This document shows positions 48,201 through 60,400 of a stretch of 64,000 nt of DNA, one piece after another. Under the pieces are notes generated by a model that worked only from the letters and a program-made list of their open reading frames with translations, searched no databases and was not told where the DNA came from. The position numbers and the translations under genes were made by a program. The stretch comes from Paraphysomonas bandaiensis (taxonomy: Eukaryota > Protista > Chrysophyceae). Each line of letters starts with the position of its first letter. Position 1 is the stretch's first letter. The stretch is from contig CBFFRP010000363.1 of NCBI GenBank assembly GCA_965644295.1, positions 62,001 to 126,000 of the forward strand, read 5' to 3'.

Positions 48201-51200
48201 GTTTCAAACTTTCCATATTATCATTCATCACCACTAAGTCATCCATCATTACTGACACAGCATGCATGAGAAGTGTCATACAGTTCACAAACGGTAGGTC
48301 GACAGACTGGCCGGGCTCCTCAACTTTTTCTCTGTGTAGCACAACTTCGTGTCCAGCAACTGTCTCCTTGACAATGTCTGCACTCTCAACAGCTTTATCT
48401 TCAGCATCGTCCTCTACACGGCACCCGCTTGAATGAGGCATTTCCTTCAGAAGCTCTGACATCACCACCACATTATTTCTCTTCTTCTTAAACCCTTGCA
48501 CCTCAACGTCAGATGGCTGTTTTTTCTTTGTTTCGTCATCTTTGTTACGTTCCCACCATCGTGCTTTCTTTTTCAATATCGGTACCCACTCACCCTTTAT
48601 CCACTCCCCACCACCTCCATCCTCAGCATCAGAATCCCAGTCAGCACGAGGAATTTCTTCGTCCTCTTGCCCTTCCGAATCGCCTGCAGATTTAACTTCA
48701 GTGTGAGACGAACTATCGTTGTTGGGGTTGAGGTATGCAACTGCATGGCTATCAACAGAAGCCATCGTATGCGCCTCTTCTTCCCGCTCTTTCGCAGCTT
48801 CGATTTCTAACTGTGAATATAAGGACTTTATTTTGTACCCGAGCTCCGCCATATGACGAGACTGGAGTGATATCCACGAAAACGTGCGCATCTTCTTGAG
48901 CACTTCAGCACATTCAAATAAATTTCTAACTATAAGTGGCCACCAAGACTTTATTCCTGCCATGTCAACCGCGTAGTCATGAAGCCGACTTGTATCAAGA
49001 ACACCAAACAATAGTGCATAAGCCAAGACTGCCAAGCGTGTTGACGCCGAAGGTTGTCGCATGGCAGCAATTTCTTCCAGATCATAAGGGCATAGCTTGG
49101 CAACGGTTTTATCATATAGCTCAAAACGAGACCCAATTAAATTTCGTAGTCGATTAGCCTCCGTCATGTAAGAATCATACACTGCTCTCGTTTTCACTTC
49201 AACCTCATCATCCTTCTCAAAAATATCCTTTAATTTCACACATTCGTCCTGAAGTTCTTTGAGATGATCCTTGTATCCAGCCACAATTTCCTTGGACTCC
49301 CTTGTACGAGTAAAGTATTCTTCCATGGATTCTTGAAACCTTTTCGAATTGGTCGGTGTAAAGAATTCACCGTCCTTAATAATTTCCCATACTTGATCGT
49401 TGTACCCAGCCGCCGTCAGGCGAAATATCTCTTCCACTTGCGTTTGGACAACAGAGCCGATGTCTAAATATATATATAGTTCTTCATGCTTCAAGATTCC
49501 TGCCCAATCCAAGGCGGATTTCGCATGCTTACGTGTTTTGAATTTAACTATTGCTCCAGCAGATATGAGCATTTCAACAATCTCTCGACAGTTTATTTTC
49601 GTGGCTTCTATCAAAGGAGTCTTTCCGCTGGACGTTTCCATGTTAATATCTGCACCATGATGGATGAGTAATTCAACAAATTCAATTTTGCGAAAACGGC
49701 ATGCCATTGTTAACGCAGTGTCGCCATATTTATCCTGCAAGTCAAGGTCTTCTCCCCCCGACTTCTCAATTATATACTTAGCCAATATAATCTCATCATA
49801 GCGAATAGCATACATGAGAAGGCTACGTCCATGCATAGGGCACGACAGTAGCCGAAGTCCCTCCTGCAAAATCAGCGTTCCATTTTTATAGGACACAGAG
49901 GTACTCGTTTGCGCTATGGATAGAGATTTACTGTCAATTGACGCGAGATCCCCATCACCGTCAAGTGAATCACTGTCTTTATTTTTGCGATGGTTATACA
50001 GAATTACTGCTTCGTTGTTACAATCAGGAATTGTTCTCCCAATAGTAGCCTCTTTCGAAAATGGCTGTATAGAAAACGATATACTCGCCTTGAGGCGCGG
50101 CTTGCTTCGTCTTATACTATCAATTGACTCATCATCAGGTGGTACAGTAGAGGATTCATCATCTGGAAAATCTTCATCATCATCTTCTTTGTAGAACCAC
50201 TGGTGTAGTTTAAATTTGCACGTCGGCATTCCTTTCTCACAATATAGAGGACGATTTGGACATATTCGAATATGATCTCCCAATTTTTCCTTCTTAAATG
50301 TATTCCCACATCGAAACGGGCATTCAGTTAAGCGACGCTCACAGTTATACGTGACATGTTCAAGTATCTCTATGCGCTTTAAGCGAGAACCACATTTGAG
50401 AGGACAAGGAACTAATTTATTTTGAAACACATGTTTATTGGGACAGTTATGCTCCATATGATAGTCCAACATATCTCGTGTAATGACTTGCTCACAGCCC
50501 TGCGGACACAGCCCGGGCTTCTTAGGACACTTGGTAATGAGATGGTCCGATCGCTCGTAGTATATGTACTCTTCGCCGCATTCGCAAGTGTACATGCGAT
50601 TCTCACATTCATTAAGTGCGTGGTGCTCTTCTGTACCAGCCGTTAGGTTAGCTATACCGCACTTATTTCGACATTCTACAATACGAGATGTGCAATGATT
50701 CTCGGCATGATCGGCGAGCTCGTCGGCCCACATATCAGCATTACACTTGGGGCATTTAACATTGCGTTTATCGCAATCTGATGCCATATGTTCCTCAATT
50801 TGCTTTCGCATTACTCTTTTACCACATCCAAACTTACATCGCACTAAAACGTGGGTACAGTCGTGCTTCACGTGCCACTCAACATTGTCAGGGGGAATTT
50901 CAATAGAGCAATACTCACACGTAATGTTCTCCGGTGGGGCTACTAAAAACTCGTTTATTTCATGTCGCACTAAAGCAATGTTCAAACTAGTTTTCGCTTT
51001 AGCAAGTTGGCCGTCAAATGCATTCAAGCTCTTCATCAGTGAATCAGTGCCTAGAGACGAACCCATTGCGCCGCTGCTTATATTTTCATTTTCAAGCTCG
51101 TCAACATTATTCAATGCTGGCGCTGGCACACCGTACGTGATCTCTGTCAATGGATTCGCTCCACCCACAAGTAGCTCTCTGTTGATACAGTCATTGTGCA

Positions 51201-53830
51201 AATGGTCATTCAACTGGCTGTACTGTATCCAACCGCAAAGATATTTCCCGTCTGACGAATTCTCACCATTTAAGCCTTTCACCTGAATCCTCAGTGGAAC
51301 AATATCAGATGTCCAAAATGGTAGCCATACGTGGCGATTCTCAAATCGAATATAAACCATGTCAACCCCATCAGCGCACCACGAGAGATCCCCACGGTCG
51401 GGCGGTTTGACAATAGTTTCGTCACTTTTATCCTCAATATCCTCCACCTTGGTAAGAGAGTCAAGGCCATCACGTTTATACTTAATTATCAACCCTTCCT
51501 CTCTATTATGAACGAGAACACGCCACCCAACAAGGTTACTGGGACATCGAACACAGCGCTCAGGGCACGAACCGTGCCATGGGTCCAAGTGCTGGTACAA
51601 TTCGGTCCTCAACAGCTTCGCACCACAGTGATGTGGGCACTGCATAACCGCTAAAGAACAGTAGTTTTTCTCGTGGTCACTTTTGTTTCGCGCGGTCATT
51701 CCCACAATCCCGCAGTTGTTGGCGCACTCAACTGGACGATTGGGGCATTGAGTCATTTCGTGTAACGCACGCTTCTGGGCAGGACCAATACGCTCTCCAC
51801 AACCCCATTTGCATTCTTGTACACACAAGTGTTCCTCGTGATATTGAATATCCACAATGTTGAACCACTCAAAGCAACCTTTCGTACATTGTACTTGGCG
51901 AGATGGGCAAGTGTCCTTCATATGGCTGGGTAGATCCTCAGATGGGATCATGTCGTTGCATTGGTAGCACGGTATCTTCCGCTTCTTACAGTGATTCCTT
52001 TCGTGATCATCTCGAAATATAACTGGAAATTTTTTATTACAGTGTAAGCGACAATAAGCGAGTCGATAAGGACATCGGAGATTGACGTGGGTCTCCATAT
52101 AATGCGCTTGTACAAGGTCTCTACATCCCAATTTAGCGTTCGGACACCCCAGAAGTCGTTTAGGGCACTCGCGTGTAAGGTGATGGTGCATATGATAAGC
52201 AGGGTGAACCTCACTACAATCACCACACACCGTCGGTTTATGAGAGCATGATTCCCGGACATGAGTGGTCATTTCCTCAAACTTTGTTTTATATCCACAT
52301 CCGTTCCAACAGAGTACAGGTGAGGCCATCTCGGTCTCTTTATCTGCACACCTATACCACATCTCCACCCTCTCCTTTACCACACGTAGAATATTACGAA
52401 TGTTATAAACTTCAACTGATTTACTCTCAGCAGTTTTCAAACTGAATGCTGCCGTCAGAAAGGCAGAAAAGTAAGACGAGTCGTGAGTATTTTGAGTCTG
52501 TCTGGATTGGCCAATTGAACTAACATCGATAAGACTGGCCTCCTTTGAGTCACACAGAGTAGCGGAATTATTATCAGCAGATTGCGGAACACTTCGACAC
52601 GCGCTGCGACATATGCTCTGGTCATCACTATGGTGTCCTGTATTTGCTGTTGATATGCTATTGCTATCATTGATACCCAGACTCTCCGCGTCACATTCAC
52701 CACTGTTCCAGTTGGAAATCTCCATCCCAGGTATTGTCTCGTCAGGAGGAAGCTCGGATAATAGCGATGATGAGTTCTGATACACCACATCAGCGCTGGA
52801 ATAGATATCTGTAGTTGGAATGAGGTCAATTGCCGTGTACCCTTCGTGGTCTTTAATCTGCACAACAGAGAACAAAATATGATTGCAAGTCATACCAAAA
52901 AGTATCGCCATAATAAAAATCAATACACATAGCAGTTAATATAGTGATAATAACATGACATATCTTCAATTGCAACATGAACAGGTAATTTACCATGACA
53001 AAATTCTGGAGAATTTCTGCATACTTTGTCCATCTTTGAGGGTCAAACTTTGTGAAAGGGTGTGTTATGGTGCGAAACATGCTAAATTTCTCAAACATGA
53101 CGTCGAAAAGAACACTAACTACTCTGGACTTGGCATACATACACGCGTAATGGAGTCCAGTTCTGCCCTCTGCGGTGGTGTGCGATACGTCGGCACCCTT
53201 CAATAAGAGTAGGCGTACCACATCAGCATTACCACACAAACACGCCCAGGTAAGGGGGTTATGACCATACTGATTAGATTTGTTAATGTCGCACTTCAAC
53301 TCCAGTAGTTCTCCCACAACCTCTTCCATGCCAAGCCCAGCGGCACGGATCATTGGAGTGTCACCTTGTTTGGTTTCACAGTCCGCAAAATAAGTTTCAT
53401 TATCAAGGTCAGCCACTACTTCACGGCTTAATTGAGAAGATGTTAGTATGCGAAGCACTCTGTCTGCATCCTTATCGTCTAGAGCGTCTTGTAGCGCTCG
53501 TGTCAATTCACCATTAGATGTGCGGGTAACCACTTCCACCGACTGCACAATACCAGCGCGATGCATGCGAGCCTTGTTCAATGCCTTCGACATGGCATCA
53601 GTGAGTAACGCAATCGAGCGTTGGTTGTTCTGCATTCGAGCCCAGTCTAGAGCTGTCCTTCCCTTCATGTCTTTCTTAAACAATTGCTCTGTATCCACAC
53701 CTGCCAGCAGCTCCGCCAAATGGGCGTAGTCATTGCTAATCGCCGCTCGCATCAGGTCAGTCAGTTCGCTATTTCCCTTCAAAAGGGTTCTCAGCGTTTT
53801 GTTTTGGTATGATTTGGTTAAGTCTGACAT
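45244..53830 (-). CDS. Giant ankyrin-repeat / TRAF-type zinc-finger protein, about 2816 aa
   Basis: Exons 53830-52994 and 52857-45244. Ankyrin repeats (GRTALDWA, GHNPLTWAC, GDTALTMAC, GNTPLLHAC, GHTALHVAA) alternate with two long arrays of CxxxC...H...C TRAF fingers and coiled coils. Confidence 0.9.
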
Positions 53831-54273
53831 GTTAGTATATTTCTACTTCTCTACTAATCAACACGATCTGATAAGTATCTCATTGGCTGATGAGCTCAGG
53901 TGAAGTGAACACCATCACTCAGAAGACTCTAGTAACTTCAATACACTTCACTTCACTGAAATCATACAGTCGATACAAGGAAAGAAGTGAAGTGAAGGGA
54001 CTGATATATGACACTAATTATTATGTATATATAACGACAGTATGGTATGGCAGGAGAGACTTCCAAAACCGACAAACACAAAACCAGGCCTTTTTGTGAC
54101 TTTTTGTATATTATTCTTGATTTTTAGTTTGGATATTTGTAAACTCCAGAACACAGTGTACTTCAGCAATGTGTACTGCTGTACATGATGTGCAAATATT
54201 CATCCTCCTGTGAATATATTAAGTAAGAAAGTATGCCTATATTGCGACAATATCACTGATACACTAGTAGAAA

Positions 54274-55532
54274 ATGAATGTCGAAGCATACAATGGCAAC
54301 ATCGTGCGTATCGTGTTATTTTTAAGCGCCCTAGGTCTCTCTGTGTGCGGAAATATTGAAGAACTCTCCAACCTTCGTAATGCAGAGTGGCAAAAACAAG
54401 TCGTGATATATGACGATCTGTTTCTGAACCAAAACTACAAGTCATTTTATTTAAACAATAAAGTCACTTTAAACCCGAAACGATGTGGAATACGTGGAAC
54501 ATCAGCTATTATAAATGATAATCATCACCTTATCATGTGCACTGTGCCTAAGGTCGGCTCCAGCACTTGGCGCAAATTCATGCTCTATTTGGACTTCCCG
54601 GAGCTTGCCTCTAGCAGCGGTCAACGGAAGTATGCGCGTAAGTATGGAGTCGCATCTCCGGATGCGCATAACATATCCAAGAACGGAGTCAAATTGATGG
54701 CACTTCAGAGCCCACAAAGAGCCCTAGCATACTACAATGATAAGACTTACTTAAAGGTCTTTCATGTGCGTAATCCAGTAACTAGAGTACTGAGTGCATG
54801 GTTGAGTAAGAATGCTGTCAGCTCCAACCCCTTGCCATTTGCGATGCACTCTCCGACTTTTACACACTTTATTCAGGTGCGTAGCGTCCAAGCTAGTGGC
54901 ACGTTGCAACCATCATATACAGAGGAATAAAATTACTTGCACTACAAGTATTACAAGGACTATCTTTTGCACTGTATTATCATTTTCTATGTGAGCATGT
55001 ATCGATATTCTAGAATGCCTTGTGCGTAGCTATGTTTGTTCCCTACTATCCGTTAGCCGTTCTACACTCCTCACCTTTCGTATATTTTAGAACATATCGT
55101 CCTCGAAGATTGACCTTTCCAAAGCAGACGGCCACATAAGATTCCAGCACACTTTTTGCGACTACGATAGGTAATATTTACACTTTGTGTGCATATATTT
55201 CTGTAATTGAAATACTACATTTTTTTCCGACATAATGTTGTAAATACAGGGGGGCACATTATGACATTTACCTCAAGTTTGAGAACAGATTCCACTGGGG
55301 TTGGCATTTGCTTAACCATCTACACCTGGAGACTGATCCTATTTTTATCGACTTCGTAAAAACATCTCAAAAGCCGTTTAAAGGTGCGGACACGACAGAA
55401 GTCATTCTCCAGCACTATACAGTGGATACATTTAATATTGTGAAAGATATGTATAGGAAGGATATAGAGTACTTCGGCTATAGTGCTGATGTAGAATTAC
55501 TTGGTAAAATGATAGCGTCTAATAGTAAATAG
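54274..55532 (+). CDS. Golgi carbohydrate sulfotransferase (Sulfotransfer_2 family)
   Basis: N-terminal signal/TM; 5'-PSB CTVPKVGSSTWRK; 3'-PB VRNPVTRVLSAW; DGHIRFQHTFC, YLKFE, YRKDIEYFGY. Three exons. Confidence 0.88.
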
Positions 55533-55743
55533 TTAGTTTTAATAATTGAGTAGTGAGTAGAATAGGTCATAAGTAATTGTGGCCAACTGTAGACTCCGCA
55601 CAAGTGCTACTCGCTTCAATGCATTTCGTATGCTGAATGGGTTAGGTGGCTGTTAGGTGCAACTGTGTCAATGTTTCATTTTTATTATTATCGAATAGCA
55701 CGGTATAAAGTATTCATAGAGATCGTTATATACAGGGGTGAAC

Positions 55744-56664
55744 TTAATTGGAGGAAGTTTCCAGAGAAGCGGAATTCATATCTTCGGGAGCATCCAGGGA
55801 TACGTCTGTGTGAGAAGTCGAATCCAAGGGCCTAAGGTAAGAGGACGAACTGACTGGATTTGCATCGCTATGTGCAGCCATTTGTCGCTGCTGCAGCAAC
55901 CCACTAAACATATGTAAACAAACTCCACATAGAATTCCCATTTTTTGTTTATGTGAAATATTTCGATCCCAGACACAAAATAACATAAGAAACCCTAATG
56001 CCGAGCCCAACATCATGCCCCATAAAAACTCACGAAATGTTCCACTGGACAGAGAATCTTCAGCAGATGATGCGAGTGTTGGCAGCTGTACTAAGGATGG
56101 AATCGATGCAGAAATTCGGCTTCTACGTGGAAGGTTAAGAGAAAATTCCGACTGAGGACCTTGTTGAGCCATCCACTCTTCTTCCATACGGTATCTATAA
56201 GCAACCGGATCTTCTGCACTCCTCGGGGGATTCTGCTGCATATATTCCTCCACCTGTGAGCTGAATGAGGATCTAAGCGCAGCAGCTTCATCGATTGTCA
56301 GCCCAGCGTTAATTAATGTGTCAAACCCACGATTACGTGATGTCGGTTGGCCATTACGATTCGAAGAGTCTGATGAGTTATTCTCTGGAACAGGTAATGA
56401 TGAACGGCCAGGCGCATTCGTTATTACTGCATGAATAAATGTGCCATCTTTAACGCCACATTGACACAACAATGCTCTATCAGGTTGCAGCATTTTGCCA
56501 GAGGATATTAAGCGAACATGTTTTCCTTGGCAATTCAATTCGTCAAGTACACGCTCACGAAGCCCCCCCACAGTCTCATTTGAGCTAATATCAATATTTA
56601 CATCATTTGTCATATTAGCTGATTTTATTTTTACACTAATCATACAGGGCGGATTCGTCGTCAT
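55744..56664 (-). CDS. Dsc3-like protein (N-terminal ubiquitin-like domain + DUF2407-type C-terminal membrane domain)
   Basis: UBL: ETVGGLRE...VRLISSGKML...FIHAVI. C-terminus: RGFDTLINAGLTIDEAAALRSSF, RMEEEWM, FLWGMMLGSALG, QKMGILCGV. Confidence 0.75.
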   Translation of the reverse strand: MTTNPPCMISVKIKSANMTNDVNIDISSNETVGGLRERVLDELNCQGKHVRLISSGKMLQPDRALLCQCGVKDGTFIHAVITNAPGRSSLPVPENNSSDSSNRNGQPTSRNRGFDTLINAGLTIDEAAALRSSFSSQVEEYMQQNPPRSAEDPVAYRYRMEEEWMAQQGPQSEFSLNLPRRSRISASIPSLVQLPTLASSAEDSLSSGTFREFLWGMMLGSALGFLMLFCVWDRNISHKQKMGILCGVCLHMFSGLLQQRQMAAHSDANPVSSSSYLRPLDSTSHTDVSLDAPEDMNSASLETSSN

Positions 56665-57428
56665 TGTATGAATACACTTACAAATATAACACAAGCGGGA
56701 AAATTCGAGTGTCGCCTCACTTCACGTCAGGGAATGCGAGTAATAATACACCACTACTGCAGAGGATAGGGAAATGAAAGTGTCAAGAGTGCACTATGAC
56801 TATAATAAATAATGTTATTACAATGCACCTCTCCTATACTCTGCATACACATGGATGTCATATGTTAGCTGGCATGTCTCTACGTATACCTCTATATACA
56901 AAGTAGGAATAGTACACCCACCATCTAGACAATGTATAGAAAATTGTGGGTGGCTTTTTTGGGCTATAGTACACCCAACACTGCAGTACTTACACCATAA
57001 CTATGTACTCTGATGACAAGAGTTTTGTGCAAAAAAATGGTTGCAGTTTCATATCATTTTTTGTGTGTGTTCAACTTCTGTAAAATACACTGTATATGCT
57101 GTAGTCTGGTTGTCCGTTTACTTTTACTATTTCAATTTTTGTGTTGCTATTATTTCAGTATTCGTATAGCAGTATCTCGTACTGTATATCACACTATACC
57201 GTATTGTAGATGTACACCTCCACGCACATGTCGCAGTATCATCCTCCTCGAGATAACGAGATCACACTGCACTGATTTTGTATACATGTGCTCATTATCA
57301 ACATAATTGCATTAACTTGCTCTTGCACCACTATTACACATCGAGATAGGGGTTTCAGATATCCTGTACTTATTATATTCGAGCAAGTGTTGAGGTCTGT
57401 AGAGCAGCTGCAGGTGTAACTATCCCCC

Positions 57429-60400
57429 ATGCCGGGCCGTTCAGGAGCAGACATTGGAGATAGAGGTGAGGGAATCACATGAAGCACAATAACTCCATGA
57501 TAAATTCAACTCGTCACATACTGTGCATTGACTGTAATATAATTTCACGAATATTCGTAATTTTGTTGTCTCATACTGCAGTTTGGGTACCACATGATGA
57601 ACATGCATGGCTCTGTGGCCAGATCGCCAGGGTCACCGCAACCGATGCAGAGATCAGCACTGAGGTTGGTAGGATTAAGATGCCTCCCAGTCAAGTACAG
57701 CTGCTGGACCATTGTGGCAGCCACGTCGACGATGACGTTGAAAATCTTGTAGATTTAGATGAATTGAGTGAGGTGAGAACTCAGTGTGTTAACCGGAGCC
57801 AAAAATTTCTAAAATGTGATATTTTCAGGGGGCTATTCTCCACCATGTGCGAAAGCGATTCAACAACCGCATGATATATACTCATGTAGGCGCCATCCTG
57901 GTTGCCGTCAACCCCTTTGAACGACTTGATATCTATGGAGAGGCTGATATTCGCAGGGCATCGAATGTAGTTAATACTTACCCACATGTGTTTATAACGG
58001 CCAGTGTGGCGTATCAGCAACTGAGGATGAATATGAAAAACCAGAGTGTATTGATCAGTGGAGAGTCCGGCGCAGGTTAATTACCCTGTTATTTTATCCA
58101 CATTGCATTTCATGGGCGATATGTTTTACGCATAGTTTTACTTGCATGATTCTAAGGCTTTGACACAGCTTTTACCAGCAATTAATAGTTTCTGTCGTTT
58201 TGATTCTATACACTGTTGATATTAGGCAAGACTGAGACAACGAAGAAAGTACTCAACTATCTTGCCAACGTCGCCCCAGCATTAAAAGGAAAGAGCTCTG
58301 CTGAAGAGCCAGGTATGGAGGACAAAATTCTTCAATCCAACCCCCTTCTGGAAGCCCTTGGTAATGCCAAAACTCTGCGAAATAATAATAGCAGTAGGTG
58401 AGTATCTAGAACAACGCCCGACTTCTGCTTGCCCACAATATTTTGTGACGGAACTCCTCGTGCCAGCGTCCTGATACTTATGATTACTGTAGGTTTGGGA
58501 AATGGATGAAAGTTGATTTTGACCACAATTTTCGTATACAAGGGTGTGAGATAGTCAATTACTTGCTCGAGAAGAGCCGCGTGGTGACACAGAGCACTGG
58601 TGAGCGTAACTATCACATATTCTATCAGTTGGCGGCTGGTGCAGATGATGAATTTCGGCGCCGCTGCGCACTGCTTCCGGTAGATAAGTGTGCTTATCTG
58701 AATACCAGTGGCTGCTTAACAATAGAGGGCGTTGATGACGCTGCCGACTTTAGAGAGGTGTGTATCAGTCTCTTGTCGACGCGTAATTCTGTTTGCACTC
58801 GTGATTTACCATTTCAATAATTTGAGTACACAACGCTGCGTACAAAGGTGTATCTTACTTTTCTTACTTCGCCTTCAGGTTCAGGAAGCCATGAACACAC
58901 TACAGTTTTCCGCAGACATTCAGAATCAGATGATGCAAATCATTGCTGCCATCATGCACATGGGTAATATTGAGTTTTCCTCAGGGAAATCCGAGGGTTC
59001 ATCTCAAGTGAATGCTGCTGCTGATGCAGCTATCAGCAAAACCTGCGAACTTCTTGGGCTGCAGGTGGATTCCTTTAAGTATGCCTTGACAGAAAAGCGA
59101 GTACAAATGGGTAGGGGCAGTGTCGTCAGCATTAAGTTGAATCCTGTGCAGGCTATGGACAGCAAGGACACTCTCTGCAAGGCGCTGTACAGTAACATGT
59201 TCGACTGGGTAATTCGTAAAGTCAATGAAACCCTGAAAACAAATGAGGCACCATTTTCAATAGGAATACTAGATATTTTTGGTTTTGAGGTATTCGACGT
59301 AAATTCTTTTGAGCAGTTGTGTATCAACTATGCCAATGAAAAGCTGCAATTTCATTTCAATGAGGTAAATAATGTGTATATTATGCACGATACCTACTTA
59401 ACATTATGCCTTTATGTGCTCTGTTGTTTTTATTTTGTGTCTGTTGTTGCATCTGTAAGCATGTTGAGTGACTGTTACATGACCTGCTGAATAGGTAATA
59501 TTTAACGAAGAAATGAAAATGTATACTGATGAAGGTGTGCCATCTGAAGCAATTACTTTTGTAGACAATGGTCAATGTGTGGAACTGATTGAAAGTAAAC
59601 CAATGGGGTTGCTCAGTTTGCTGGACGAGGAGTGCTCGCTGGGAAAAGCGACTGACTTGACTTACGCCAATAAAATAGAGCAAGCGTTTGGTAAAAATAG
59701 GTCAAATGAAAACCCATTCTTCAGTAAGCATAAGACTCGCCCAGAGGCCTTCACTGTGCATCATTTTGCAGGCCCCGTTGAGTATTTGGTGACGAACTTC
59801 TTGGATAAAAACAAAGATACATTAAGTGCAACACTGCATGAAGTGGCAGCACTCTCCGAACTGTCTCTTGTTGCGGATTTATTTGCTACGGAGCCAGATG
59901 ACTCTTTGAGGCGAGCTTCTATGAACAAGCGCCAGAGCAAGGCGCAGGTAAGTTATGCTGGTCGGGTTTAGTGACTGTATTAATTTCGTTGCAGATTAAA
60001 AGCACGTTGGGTGGTCAATTTAGAAATCAACTCATTGGACTGATAACAAACTTGCGTCTAACAGAGCCTCACTTTATACGGTGTGTAAAACCTAATCACC
60101 TGAAGAAACCGTCAATATTTGATGGCCAACTTGCTCTTCGACAGCTGCGGTATGCGGGGCTATTCGAAGCGATTCGCATTCGTCAGAGCGGGTTCGCGTA
60201 TCGTGTCGCCCATTCAGTGTTTACACGCCAGTTTGTTACCCTTGTAGATGGCTTGTCTGCGAAGGTTCAAGCTAAGAGCATCTCAGAAGCCGATGCGTGT
60301 CAAGCAATACTTGAAGCAGTAACTGCTGAAGGAATTTTACATCGTAACATGTGGTGTGTAGGTACAACCAAGGTTTTCATTAAAACGAATCAGGATCGAA

